DNA from: Epiperipatus broadwayi
Lineage: Eukaryota > Animalia > Onychophora
Assembly: GCA_028023455.1 (NCBI GenBank)
Contig: JAQFVV010000004.1
Span: 12,276,001-12,340,000 of the forward strand
Length of the DNA: 64,000 nucleotides
Direction: 5' to 3'
Positions 50,751 to 64,000 of this stretch are shown piece by piece (the first letter of the stretch is position 1; the number at the start of each line of letters is the position of its first letter). Position numbers and translations under genes: made by a program. The notes under the pieces are model-generated. The model was not told where the DNA came from and did no database searches. It was given only the letters and a program-made list of their open reading frames with translations.

Positions 50751-52821
50751 AAATTTCTAGATTTAACAATAAATCTTAATGGATATTTAGTTATGACATA
50801 CAGATGAGGAATTTACTGAAATATTTCATTTCCTCTCAATCGGTGAAGTTCTTGTGATGTTTTCTGGGTAATACTTGTTTTATTTATGTAGCTAGTTTAA
50901 GACTTTTTCTGCCTTTTATATTATTGTACTATAAAGAATGCATTTTGTTATTGTAATCAATAGCATCTACTAGGATTGTGATGGTACTTTTGTCTCGAAG
51001 GAGAATAATTATAAATTTTCTAGTTTTAAATTTTTATTTGCCTCCCTCTCATTATATTTGAGTTTTATGTGTTACCATATATTCTTTTCATTCTCCAGTG
51101 TTTTTCTAAAAGCAACTTTTGGCTGATTTCCTCAGTTGCTGTAATGACATATAATAATGGAATATTAGGTGGTAAAATGATAAAGTTTAGTTGTTGTTTT
51201 TTCACATTATAGATATATTACCATCTATTAGATATTTAGAATTAAAAATTTTAACAATTCCATCCATGTTATTTGGAGCAATATGAACTGTAATAGACCA
51301 TGAAGGATGAAGGTTTCTTTTGATGTTCTTTTATTTTTTCATATAATATAGATGTTTTCTTACTGAAGAAAAAGCTCTTGTAAAATTTCAATGATAGGTT
51401 TGTTTTAACAAACATTCTGTGCCATAAATGGAATGTAAAGAAAAAAAACCTTTAAGCATTTATTTTTTCTCTTAATATAATCTCGGTCTGTCTTTCTGTG
51501 ATTTTTTCTACTCTTCAGGAGTGAATTGAAAATTTTAATTGCAATCCTTTGGAAATAGATCTTTCCAATTTATATTTGCACAGAGTAATTAATTAATTTT
51601 CCACTTTGACTAGTTTTAGTCATATATTTTCATAAGGTGTGAAGTTTGTTTTACCATCAGGTCTCTGTAGAGTACATTTTTTTAAAATTAACACTTGCAG
51701 TATAGTTGAACTATTTCTATCATATTGGTTTATTATTAAATGTTTTTGAAAACTTTCAATATATAATTTATACTTTTTTCCTAATATATTCAGCTTTTAG
51801 TAATAACATACAGGTTATTGTAGAATGCAATGTTTCAAGAGGTATTATTCCTCCCTCATCTTCAGATAGTGCTCACATGACTAGCAACAGCATGAGCCTA
51901 GAAATCAAATGGAAACACATAGCTTTGTAAATTCAAAATTTAATGTGATGCTTTAACTAACTGGAAATGTTATATATTTATCTTTGAAAAAATCCACTAT
52001 ACAACAAACTCTAATGAAGACTTTTTATCCATCAACAATCATTAAGAAAACCTAAAATACACCAGAAAATAAGTATTATAGTGCATTTATACATATTAAA
52101 AAAATCAGCCATCAATATAACATTAAAACAATTTTCTAAAATCAAAGCACATTATGAAGAATTCTACTATAAACCTATAAACTTAAAATGCTTAAAAATA
52201 AAAATTGCATCTATCAAATATCATATAAATATAGAAAAGATATAAACTAACCATACCCTTGTAAATGCTTAAAAGAACCCAAAATAATGATCAAAAAAAA
52301 AAAAGAAAAAATGGATATATTTAAAATTATAAACCATAAATTATTGGGACAAAAACAATATTGAGCAGAAAGGAAAAAGTAAAAAGAAGAAGTTTTAATG
52401 TAACTTCTCATATGAGAATGATAAACAATCCCATTAGTCAACATTTAATGTTTGATATCCATTCTTTAACTTTGTACTTAAAAAAAATGGAAAAATCATG
52501 AGGATTCTAAGCTTATTTGGTTAGAGATTCACCTTATATTCAGTATTCATGAATATAAAATTCCTAGTTTGAATTCCTCAATTTGAAACATTAAGTTCTA
52601 TGCTATTCTTAATGTTATTACTAATATTTTGAAAGTAAAAATAAATGTTATACTTTTCCAAATACATTTAACAATCAAGCAACATAGTGAAAAAAGTTCA
52701 ACATATAATTGTCAAAAATAAAATATCATCACTACTAATTTCAGATAAACTTAGTATAATATGTTGTGCAAAAATAACATCATCATCATGACAATATGTA
52801 CATATGTTTATAACTTATTCT

Positions 52822-52860
52822 GGCCATGAATATGAGGAAAAACCTCGAAAGTATTAGGCC
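52822..52860 (+). ncRNA. Hammerhead-like motif with an A3-U8 core variant
   Basis: GGCC AUGAAUA U GAGG-aaaaa-CCUC GAAA guau UA GGCC: stems I and II perfect 4 bp. Confidence 0.5.
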
Positions 52861-53283
52861 TAAATTGATTTGATTTTTTGGTTGATACTTACAGCTTCTT
52901 CTTCAGTGGGTAAATCGCTTTTATATGATAACTTGCTATGATAACTTGCAAAAAACTGTTGCACATACTCACAACTTAGGTTATTAATTATTTTTAGCAA
53001 AATGTTTATTTTTAATACTTAATAAAAATGACTTTGTGTTTGAGCAAATATTTTTCTATTTTTCAAACCATTCAGAGAAAAGGAAATTAAATTTTATTTT
53101 CCATACACAAATCACCATTAAAATCAAACAACATAGCTTTAATTTTTGAAATATATCCCTTTGCTTGATTTAAACATATTCTATGTTATACACTCATAAA
53201 TACAAAACATAAATTTGCAAAAGAAAGGAAAATTCAATGGATAGTATATAATATTATGTAATTATCTAAAAGTTTAAAAAGTT

Positions 53284-53988
53284 ATTAAAACAGGCAAAAC
53301 TCTCCATATAGTAGTGCCACTCAGTGCAAGCCAGAGTAATCAATGGATGCCAGAAGACTTGTGCATAAAATCCCTATCTAGTGCCTATTCATCCAACATC
53401 CCCAAATTAGTTTCTAGCTTGTGGCTTTCATTAGTGAGGAGCCTTGCAACTAGATCTTAGGATCTAATGCAACTCTCCAGCAGCCAATTGAAAACAACAA
53501 TATTTTCATTCCAAGCTCATTAGCTTATATAGTCATATAGACTGAACTCAGTTCAGTACCCATACATTTTAGTGTCTTTGTTTCTTTAATAACCATAGCC
53601 ATCACTATCCTATTAGGCAAGATTAGTGTTACACCACTAATGAACACCATTATTAAAACAGGCAAAACTCCACACAGTAGTGCCACTCAGTGCAAGTATG
53701 AGTAATCAATGGACACCAAAAGGCTTGTGCATAAAATCCCTATCCAATACCTACTCATCCAATATGCCCAGACTAGTTCCTAGCTTGTGGCTTTCATCAG
53801 TGAGCAGCATTACAAACTAGTCTGGAAATATTGGATGAGTAATGGGGATTTTATGCATAAGTCTTCTGACATCCATTGATTACTCTGGCTTGCACTGAGT
53901 GGCAGTACTGTATGGAGAGTTTTGTCTGTTTTAATAACAGTTATGAGCAAGCATAAGAAATGGTGATCATGTGATGTTTAGTGGTTTA
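53284..53988. repeat. HHR repeat family B: minus-sense tandem dimer (about 367-bp period) plus forward copy
   Basis: ATTAAAACAGGCAAAACTC at 53284 and 53652; HHR motifs at 53398-53440 (G5A) and 53765-53806 (A13G); forward copy 53813-53988 starts at AAACTAGTC. Confidence 0.92.
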
Positions 53989-55899
53989 GCCTTAAAAAGT
54001 TGTTATAAGTTACCAAACTTGACAATAAATATGAACCCGTAAGATGGTCAATTTATGAACTGTTGAAAAGATGTATTTTCCAGTATTTTATTGTTATATT
54101 TTCCCTGGAACCTAAACATGATATTATATCCAGACTTATTTATGCTTTAAAGATTGAATTGTACAAACAATGCAAACCTCATTTCTAGTATATTATTTAT
54201 TTCCATTTTTTCTTTTTTAATTTGGGATGGATTTATTCATTTGCAATAGTCTGGTTGGTAATGATGATCGTGATTATTTTTTTCATATTCCATAAATCTT
54301 AATAAAATTTCTGAATAGAAATAAATCATCAGTCAATAATGTCAGAGGAAGTTTTTGTATTCCTTGAAAATGGCTTATGTCTATATTTACTTTGCATTTC
54401 CTTACTATTATTGCTAGTTTATTCAAACTTGCATCTTTCAAATTTAAATAACAAAAATATATATATCCTCAAAAGTCTATTATAATCAGATACTAAGAAT
54501 GAAATCTAATTTGCATAAAAAAGTAGCTTATTCATTTGTAAGAAAAGAAATGTCCATATTTAAAATTAAGATTAATTTTCTTTTTATTTATTAAAAATAA
54601 TTGTACAATAATATTTTCTATATTATTATTAGCATTCAAAGTTTAAAACTATTTACTATTATTGAATAAATTTTGAATTTCTTTAAATCACTTCTACAGT
54701 ATTGAATCTATGTGAATTTCAAATGCATAAAAAAAAAGTGAAGGTTTGACCCAATTTAATCCAAGATGTTTCAAACCACATATACTTACATTTATGAATA
54801 ACATTAAGAATAATTTTGAAATTTTAATTACAGTCAATATTTATTAAAACAATAGTTACATTTTAAAAAATCTGAGCTATGAAAAATTTCAAAATTGTCT
54901 CCAGAGAACAAAATAAATGAATGCTCATGTGTTTGGGATCCAAAGTCTGTGGAGGTTGTGATTGAATAACGTAAGCACACCTGTCTTGAAATTTGCTAAA
55001 ACTTTTGAGCTCTCAATTAGTATCAAGACACTATTTAAAGTGCACAGAAACTGAACATTCACATTATTAATTGTTCAATATTTTATAGAAGACGAAATTT
55101 ATATTGACAGATTTTGGATTAATCTTTTAGATTACTTAGAAAACTGAAAATTAAAACTACAACTTTAAACATATGAATGATAAATAGCCAGATTGTCAAA
55201 AAAAAAAAAAAAGTCAATATTTGTAGCTGACTAAATTCCTTCCATTTTTGTTTAAATAGTTTTAAATTTTTTAATAAATACTACAGTTATTAAAAAAAGA
55301 AAGATAAAATAATAAAAGTAAAATTATTAAAAATTTTAATAAATACAACAAATAAATGTAAATGATCTATTTTCATATATGTATTGTATATTTACATGAA
55401 TACATGTATATATACAAACGAGATATTCAATGAAATTGTAACAAGTTGCTAAAATTTATAAATACATTAATTCAATATTTCTCACTTAACATTTAAAAAT
55501 AAATAGGTTTTGAAATCCATTAAAACTTTAAAATAAAGTACTATACTTACAAAATTATAAGTATTAAATAGTTTAGTGTTACTATTGCAAACATATATAT
55601 ATATAATTTAGGGTTTGGACTGCCTAACAAAATGTTAATAAATCACATTTCATCATTCTTGCCCCTGGTAAAATGTTATGCAAATAGAAAATGTCTATTT
55701 TAACTTATGGCCTCAAATATACATAAAGATGACAAATCTAACAAGTATTTAAACGTGGGTGAAATCAGTTGCATACTCGATGTAAACATAGGATTTTTAT
55801 ATAACTTTAAGATCAAACTCAAATGGAAGAGCTCATTTCTCCTCACTTTAAAATCCACCTAAATGAATGATTATAAGTCAAGTACGACATTGAAAAGTA

Positions 55900-56520
55900 C
55901 ACAAATAACCTTCAAAAGATGGATGTAATCACAATAAAATCATAAATACCATAAATAGATTCAATAACAAAATAAGAAATCCTCTCCCCAGCCAACAAGT
56001 GGAACCTAAAAAATGAAAAAGCCTGCCTCATATTCCAAAAATTGAACATAAATTTTAAAAATGTATGTAAAGACAAATTGAATATAATTTTTTAACCCCC
56101 TCCATCACTTAATCAATTAGTCAACAACTCTAAAGACTATTTACCAAATGAATTGGCACATCAATTGGCATATAAAATTAACTGCAGCCACCAGCCTGCA
56201 ATGCTGCATAATATAGGAAGTCAAAGGCCATCTTGTCAATGAGACTTGTCTATTATAGATATTCATATAATAGACCCTCAGAGATAAAAACACACATCAA
56301 TATGTAGAAAATCAGCCACAGATTAGAGCTAATAAAATCAGAAAGAGAGGAAGAAAAGTGGAAAGTTAAAAAAGCATGTGCAATAGCTAGTGACTGTTTT
56401 TCCATTAATAGAAAACAAGCAAATATACCCATATCAAAGAAATGGCCAATTTGAATAAATCTAAATGTGAATTGAAACTTTTGAATAGCTTATTAAATAA
56501 CAAATAAACACTGATATATT
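55900..56520 (+). mobile_element. Penelope-like GIY-YIG endonuclease remnant
   Basis: LPHIPK...SKDYLPNELAHQLAYKINCSH..CNAA*Y/NIG...ELIKSEREEEKWKVKKACAI (cf. KD......VVYKI.C..C...YIGET ... IL..E....KR.IKEA..I). Confidence 0.75.
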
Positions 56521-58912
56521 GAACTTGTAATGACACCATTTGAAGTTATGAATATGATATATTAATTATATTGAAAGTATGCTAGGCAGTAATAAAATGA
56601 AATATTAAAAAATTACCTTCTCTGTGGGCACTACTGTATGAAAAGTTTTGTTTCTGTGTTAATTATCAGTTATTATATTATATTTACACTTATTTTAAAA
56701 AATATATTTAGACTTTTATTTAATAATTTTCTCTCCCTTTTTTCTAATGATTTATTACTAAATTTACAATATACATATTTTTATCAACTGCATATTTGAT
56801 GACACCACCATCTCCATCAATTAGATTATCTTTATTATTAATATTCTTTCTATTCCTAATATTTTTATTAGAACATATTTCTAATTTTAACTTTATCAAT
56901 TTTTTAGCATGTCTGTTTTACTTTTCTCTTTCATATGTCCTTTTTAAATATAAATATTTTTTCTCAATGCTTAATTATTTTAAAATAATGACTGAGTTAA
57001 CATTTTCATATAAATACTTTACTTTATTTAATAAGTAAAACTATTCACAGTATAAAATCTTAATATGCATTTTTAATATCCTTTTGTCTAACTTATTAAT
57101 ATAATTGTTTTAATATAAATAAAGAAATTTTTTTTTTAAAAAAATAGATAGATGGATATATATATATTGAGAGAAATTGGTTCATGATACAACCGTTAAC
57201 ATATATTAATAATTTAGTATGTTTGCATACATATAAAGCTTAAAGAAAAAGGAGAAATGATCATTAACATTTATATAGATAATTATTTATAATAAAGTCA
57301 AGAGGGGCATAATCAGATTTGCCTAGGCACCAGTTATCTAGCACATATTTTGTGGCTTTTGTCCATTACAATGGTTCTATGATCACTATATAATCTTAAC
57401 ATTGTTTTAAGTTTATTTATAGCTTTACCTTATAATGTACAGCTTCTTTTGCCCTGCAGCTACAATTTTAACAAATTAGTTGGAAAAAACCTGAAGATGT
57501 CATTATTATATGGGTTTTTCCATGATTGACAATACTCTATTAGCACAATAATGACTGAGTGATAACTTAGAAATCAATGGAAATAAGAATTTATGATTAG
57601 GTGAATGTTTTAATTTGATGACTAATAACTGAATAATTTAGGTTTTTAAAGAAAAATTGTAATTTTTAGTAATTTGTTACATATTAAAAATTACGATGCA
57701 ATATTTTTGTAAAAGACTTATTTTTAAATCAAAAGGTACATCAGCTGCTGGAGATTTTCCTTGAAAACAATTTGGTTTTAAAAAGACAACTCTTAAAAAG
57801 TTTGTTACAGTATAGTTTCTACTCAGTAAAAAAAAATTGACTTTATCAAAACAGTGAAGTAAATATTTTTAAAAATTTTAATAATAAATAATCTTGACTT
57901 TTAATATTTTTTCTTATTCTGAGGATAACTAAATTTAAATACATTATTTTAATAACATAAAATTCAAATATCTAATATTTCATTCTACTAATGTTTTGAA
58001 TAAATAAATTACATCCAATTATGCCAAGCTCCATTGTTATAGGTAAAGACTCTGTTTAGATATTTATTTTCATATTTTTAAAATATCATATGTTATCTTT
58101 TAAAATTCCTATCACTGGAAAGCTTACACTTGTAATAAGTAGTGCTACGATTATAAATACATTATATAAATAAAATGTTTAATTGTAAAAATAAAAGGTT
58201 CAAAATGGAGGATATGTATATTGATTCTCATTAGAGTTATTCAAAATAGAAAGGTGGAGTTAACTGCTAAATAGGTTAACAAAAAAGCCTATATTTGATG
58301 CAAATAGTTTATTTATTTCTGATTTAAAAAAAATTTAAAATTTAATATAATAAAAAAAATTATTTTTGTCTAAACTAAAATGTTTATTTTAAGCTATAAG
58401 TGATTGTAAAAGTTAATTTTAATATGTTTATATTTAAATGAATGAGAAATAATTTTTTGATTGAGAAAATACTTTTGATTTTATTAATATAAATTATATT
58501 TAAGTATAATCTTGTTTTTTCTTAAACAGAAAGAAAACAACTCTCTACTCCATAAATTGTATAGTATCTAGTACAAATAAAAGATTCAGTTTAATTGATA
58601 GCATAGAAAGAGTTTAAAAAACGTATAGTTGATCTCCACATTGAATGATTGATTGAATTTGAGCTCTCAGAAAAATACAACAGGAGGTCTTTACTGAATC
58701 TGATATTCTGAGATTACTGAAGCTGAAATGAATTGAGGACCACCAGCATTTACCTTATCTGTTTATTAAAAAGAACATGTCATAACAGCAATCTTTATAA
58801 GAAACTAAATTATTAATAGATTCTAGCCATATACATTGAACTATCATAGACACATATACAAGAACACATGGAAATTTGTTGTGATAAATATAGAACTGAT
58901 TTACGTGTGAAT

Positions 58913-59060
58913 ATTTTCCCTTTACCAGATATTACATTGGTGCAGAAAAGAAGAAAATTATTAACATATTAAAAAAAAGTACCATGTACCTTTTCTGTGA
59001 GTATTTTCATTTTACCAGATATTACACTGCCACAGAAAAGAAGAAAATTAATAACAATTG
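58913..59060. repeat. Short imperfect direct duplication (about 91-bp period)
   Basis: tttaccagatattaca.tg...cagaaaagaagaaaatta occurs twice. Confidence 0.8.
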
Positions 59061-61229
59061 AATATATATATAAGAATAGAAGCTGTTTCCATATTATTCC
59101 TTATAGTGTTACTAATATTTTTATATGTGTAAGAAGTGCAAATTGAAAAAAAATAATTTGATGAGTAAAATAAATACTAACTCTGGTGTTAATAAAATCT
59201 ATTTCTGCTTATAGTAGAAAAAAAGATTACTTAATCTGTATTTTACTTATTTATTTCAAAAATAAATTACTTTTGAATAATCCCCATTTTAACAGATAAC
59301 TTCACCTTTCTATTTTGAATAATCTCTAGTGAGAATTGGTATACATATTTACCATATTTGAAAATTTTCTTTTTAGAAGTTTAACATTAGTTATTATAAA
59401 TGTAAGCTGTCAAGTGATTAGCATTTTAAAAGTTACTTATTTCACATTTTAAAAATATGAAAATAAATATCTAAATGGAGTTTGTATCTGGAACAATGTA
59501 ATATATCTATTGAAAATGTTAGTAGAATGAAATAATATTAGATATTTGAATTTTATGTTATTATAAAAAATATATTAAGGTTAGTTATCATAAAAAATAA
59601 ATAAAAGTAAAGATATTATTTACTGTAATTAAAATTAGACAAATGTGATTTTATTTCATCCAGTAGAAATTGCTTCTGCTTGCTGTAACTAACTTTTTAA
59701 GTATCATCTTTTTAAAAATAAATTGTTTTCAAGAAAAATCTATTAGTGGGATAGTTTTTGATTTTAAAATTTCTTTTACAAAAATTCTACATCATAATCT
59801 TTAATTTGTAAACAAGTTACAAAAAATTACAATTTTTCTTTAGAAATCTAAATTACTCAGCAATTTTCCATTGGGAAAAGCACTCGGCAGATCAGAAATT
59901 CTCATTCTATTGACTTTTATGCCACCTCCCTAACATCATTATCATGTTAATAGAATATTGTCAATTATGCTAACACTTCATGTAATGCTATATCTTCAGA
60001 TTTTTTTCCAACAAACATATTAACATTATAACTGCATAAGAAAACCACTGCAGATAGTGATGTAAGGTTATAAATAGGCTTAACAATATAGTGAAGATAT
60101 AACAATTGCAGTGCCATCGTAATACCCAAAACTGTAAAATCTACTTGAAATCATCACTGATTGTGCCAATCTGGATAAATTGTGCAGCTAATGAAAAAAG
60201 TATTCTATAATAAACTAAATAGTAACCAATAAGTCTAAGTCCTAGACAAGTTTAAAAGCCTTCAGGAAATAAAAACTCTCAGTATATATACATTTCATTT
60301 TATTATGTCATTCATAAATGATTGATATTAGGCTTAGAAAAATACAAAAATTATCAAATTTTTTTTTATATATTAATGACAAGTGAAAATACAGTTTTAA
60401 CAAATATATTTATTTAGATGTTCTGTAATTAGTCTGTGTAAATAATTTGGTTTACAGTTACAGAGCACACACTGTGAATACATATTTATACTAATATCTG
60501 TCTGTAAATACATTCACTATTTATGTATTAATAAACCTACACCTGATATAATTAATGAAATAATAATATCTGGAATATATATTTAAGTATACCTGTCTAT
60601 ATAACTAAGTATATGGGTTTATTTAAAACCTTTACAAAATGAACATTAAACATTTATTAAGTAATTAGACATGGGAAAGAGAAAGGTTAATCCCTGTGTG
60701 TGTAAAATAAAAAAGTCAAATATATTAATCTTTAACTGAGGTTTAAAGTTTATATATGCGCTAGAGATAATCTCTAGTTTCGAAAATGATTAGTAATAAT
60801 CATTATTGTATTTATCTGAAATGGATGGCGTCAAAGTTGTGAGTGGAGGAAGTTTGACAATGGTAAATGAAAATGTAGCAATTTTTTTAAAACCTATGAA
60901 AACAATATCTAATATTTATATAATTTAAACTCAGAATGATCTATTTGTATTCTTTGAAAAGAAAAAGTGAATCTTTGTTCTTTATAGTCCTAAAAAGCAA
61001 TTAAAAAATAAATGTTAAGATAAATCGCAATTTAATTTGCCTCTTTTTTAACTCAGTTTAAAAAAAAACAAAACAACAAATTCGTCACTTCTAATATGTT
61101 TGAGTCAATTTAAAATATAAATATAATTTTAAATATAATACATAGTTAATTACAATATATATATATATTCAGAGATCATAAAAACTAACATTCTTTATAT
61201 AAGTCTAAATTATGAAGTTTTCAAAAATT

Positions 61230-61700
61230 TTAGCATTTGCGTACATATATATAACCATGGCTAAACATGCCTTAGCAGGAATTCTTTCAACAGCTTATCA
61301 CAAAGCTTCATAGAGAGTTCATAATGGTGTTTTCCTCAAAGATATGTACATATATTTACTTTTATTATTTCTTTTTATCTAAGACTAAACAAAAATAGCA
61401 CATATAATTTTCTTTGACAGGATTGAATTTTTCTCCTTTGGCATACTTTTTGTTTAATGCAAGTTGCACCATAAATATTTTCTGGTTCATTGCCATATTT
61501 TCTCAATTGCTTTGTGAGTTGTAACTTTTTTAAATTAACATATCAAGTTAACAAATATGGAATCCAAAATAGTCTTCAGGCAGCTAGTGGCTTTTCCAAC
61601 TTCTTAGTCAATAAACATGGTTGTTTTCACTATTGTCCAACTTCAAAGAGTGAGCAGTAAGGGTTCTGAAAGCTAATGATTAAGAGATGAGTTAAAGAGG
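61230..61700 (-). mobile_element. Degenerate non-LTR RT N-terminal fragment (possibly NeSL/R4-like)
   Basis: GKATSCL...FKKLQ...KGEKFNPVKENY, weakly matching KAPG.D...KK and KG.....NYRPI. Confidence 0.3.
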
Positions 61701-63487
61701 GAGTTTCTAAAGAAACTTCTAAATTGTATACATTCTGATAGAACTCTTTGTTTTTCATAGCCTTAGATACTTTAATTATTTATAATTGAAAGAAAATATT
61801 TTAATTATCTATTTGATTAAATTCTTAACCAACAATTTTGTTATTCCAATAAATTTTTTAAATACTAATATAGATGTAAGTTTTATGTGTCTGCTCTTAT
61901 TCACATTCACCAGGGCCATTGTGACTACAATTTAGCATTAGATTAATACCTTAATACCATATATAATTATATTTAATTTTTTTTACATTGAATTAATGTA
62001 ATAGTCACCTGTATTTACATGTCTCATGATGTTACTAGTTTATTTATGGCCAATATAATCATGGTATCAGGTGACCCAAAGCATATGAATGCAGCAGAAA
62101 TATTAATTACTTCTCTTTTGTTGTATTCTGCCTCATAACTGAGATTGGCTTAATGATTAATGTAAAATATATCTCTTTTAAATACAGTAGCAATGAATTT
62201 ATTGATGTTTATTTGCTGCTGATATCTTTCATATTATTTTTATTTAATTATAATCACTTTTGATAATGATAACCTGAGGTTTTTGTGCTATCTCAATGCT
62301 TTTCATTATTGATTATCCATATTCACCCCTCTATCCATATCCTATATTGCTACAATATATTAGCCTATAAGCACAAAATGAGTATTGCTATATCTTGATC
62401 TTTGTTCATAATAACTCTTCATGCAATTATTTCAAAGTCAAAATATTGCCTTGTTACTTTTTCACTTCAAATTTTTGCCTATTTTTCAAATGTCTAACTC
62501 AAGCTTTCTCATTTCATTAAATTGCTAAATATTTTAATAATAAAGTTTTCCACTACAAAAAAAGAAACAACTAGTGCTGGCTCTCTGTAATTATGAAAAT
62601 ATTTTAAAATTCATTTCTTATTTACTGGTGTTAGTCAATGGTGTTTCCATTATTATAGATATCCCACATCAAAATATTAATGTCTAGCAATTGAATTTCA
62701 TTCACTTATCTATTCTCAGTACATTGAACAATATCCATATTTTTAATGATCCCTTTTTACTAATTAATTTCTACATTTTTGCTATATACAAATATGGAAG
62801 TTTTCTCATTTCTTTTCATTCTGTATCTGAATAAAAGCAGCAAATCCATATTAAAAATGTATTAAACCAATAAAATAAAACAAGTAATTGCAAGAAAAAG
62901 TGACAGAAGTTCCAGGACTTGGCGTTGACCCATGAATTTTGAGCTGCAGAGTCTTACATATTACCATTGTTCTAAAAAATATGGGTTTATTGTATCCTTG
63001 ATCATGTTCTATGAATACATACCTTTTTTTTCCCTTTTTCATTATTTCTCTTCTGATTTCTATTCTTTGTATTGATGATACTTATCGCTAAGATATTTTA
63101 AGGAACTTTTCCTGTAAATATTCTATTATGAAAAGTTTTTTTAGTATAAAATGTAGATGATTATAAACAAAAAATTTAAGGACATATTAAAAATAATATC
63201 ACAACCGAGACAGGTTCCAGCAGAGAATCAAGACAAAGAGATATTTTGGTGAAAAATCATTTATTCTAAGAATAAAGTTTATTTTAAACAATATATATAT
63301 ATATAGTAACAGTCAGATATGTATCAAAAAAATTAATAAAAACCAAGCAATAGCCACATGTAAACAATACCACAAACAATACAAAGTTGACCCTCATTAC
63401 TTATGTCCCCAGAATATTTCCACATGACTACCACATCTGATGTTATCTTATATGTCCTTTTCTTATACCTTGCTGAGATTAGGAAGA

Positions 63488-63801
63488 TACAAAAGACTCT
63501 TAAAACTAACAAATGCTAATTGTTGTAAATAAGACACAAATGTGAGAGGTAAGGTGAAAATAGATCTATTAGTAGCAATAAAAAAAAAAACTGATAAAGC
63601 AAATTAAAAGTTCATATGTGGTTAATTTAAACCTAAGATTCTATACAAAAGACTCTTAAAACTAACAAATGCTAATTGTTGTAAACAAGACACAAATGTG
63701 AGAGGTAAGGTGAAAATAGATCTATTAGTAGCAATAAAAAAAAAAAAACTGATAAAGCAAATTAAAAGTTCATATGTGGTTAATTTAAACCTAAGATTCT
63801 A
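63488..63801. repeat. Near-identical 156-bp tandem duplication
   Basis: Units start at 63488 and 63644; they differ by one substitution and the length of an A-run. Confidence 0.95.
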
Positions 63802-64000
63802 TTTAATTACTTACAGGTTAAAAAAATTAAATTAGCGATTAAACAACATAATTATTGCTAGCTAACATACAAGATGGACTAAGGCTTCACATATTTTAAT
63901 AATCTCCAGGGTGATTACTCTACAATGATTTAATTGTTAATTAAAGAATAATCAAGGAGGGTTAAGATAGGAGTAATTACATGCCTCCATTAAAAATTAC

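Noticed and set aside
50900-51700. Possible piggyBac transposase remnant (PSWSITV...GIVKIF)
   Set aside because: Catalytic D motifs are absent, large deletions are needed to align, and no TTAA/TIR ends were found.
1780-63042. Short ORFs (60-160 aa) in the supplied track as host genes
   Set aside because: Those with recognisable motifs fall inside decayed transposons; the rest are low-complexity I/F/L/N/K-rich frames expected in AT-rich DNA, with no splice or homology support.

Overview
Very AT-rich, CpG-depleted eukaryotic (probably metazoan) non-genic DNA. I can support no host gene exon, and the short ORFs in the track are either repeat remnants or chance ORFs. The window is a graveyard of transposons: a near full-length but dead L1/Tx1-type LINE (8.85-13.4 kb, minus), several RTE-type LINE fragments, a Ty3/gypsy pol remnant, Penelope-like (PLE) RT and GIY-YIG remnants, two copies of a TA-flanked pogo/Tigger-like MITE, and a hAT MITE. 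The main unexpected signal is more than 12 minimal type I hammerhead-ribozyme (HHR) motifs, most of them decayed. Most sit in two non-coding repeat families, A (about 445-nt monomer, 6 loci, with tRNA-like A/B boxes) and B (about 370-400-nt monomer, 3 loci), that occur as head-to-tail tandems with one HHR per monomer. Every fold-back insertion with a readable HHR has the same divergent (tail-out) geometry. This resembles retrozymes or PLE pseudo-LTR derivatives mobilised by Penelope machinery. All motif calls were made by eye: no alignment, folding or database search was run, and the boundaries of degenerate elements are approximate.
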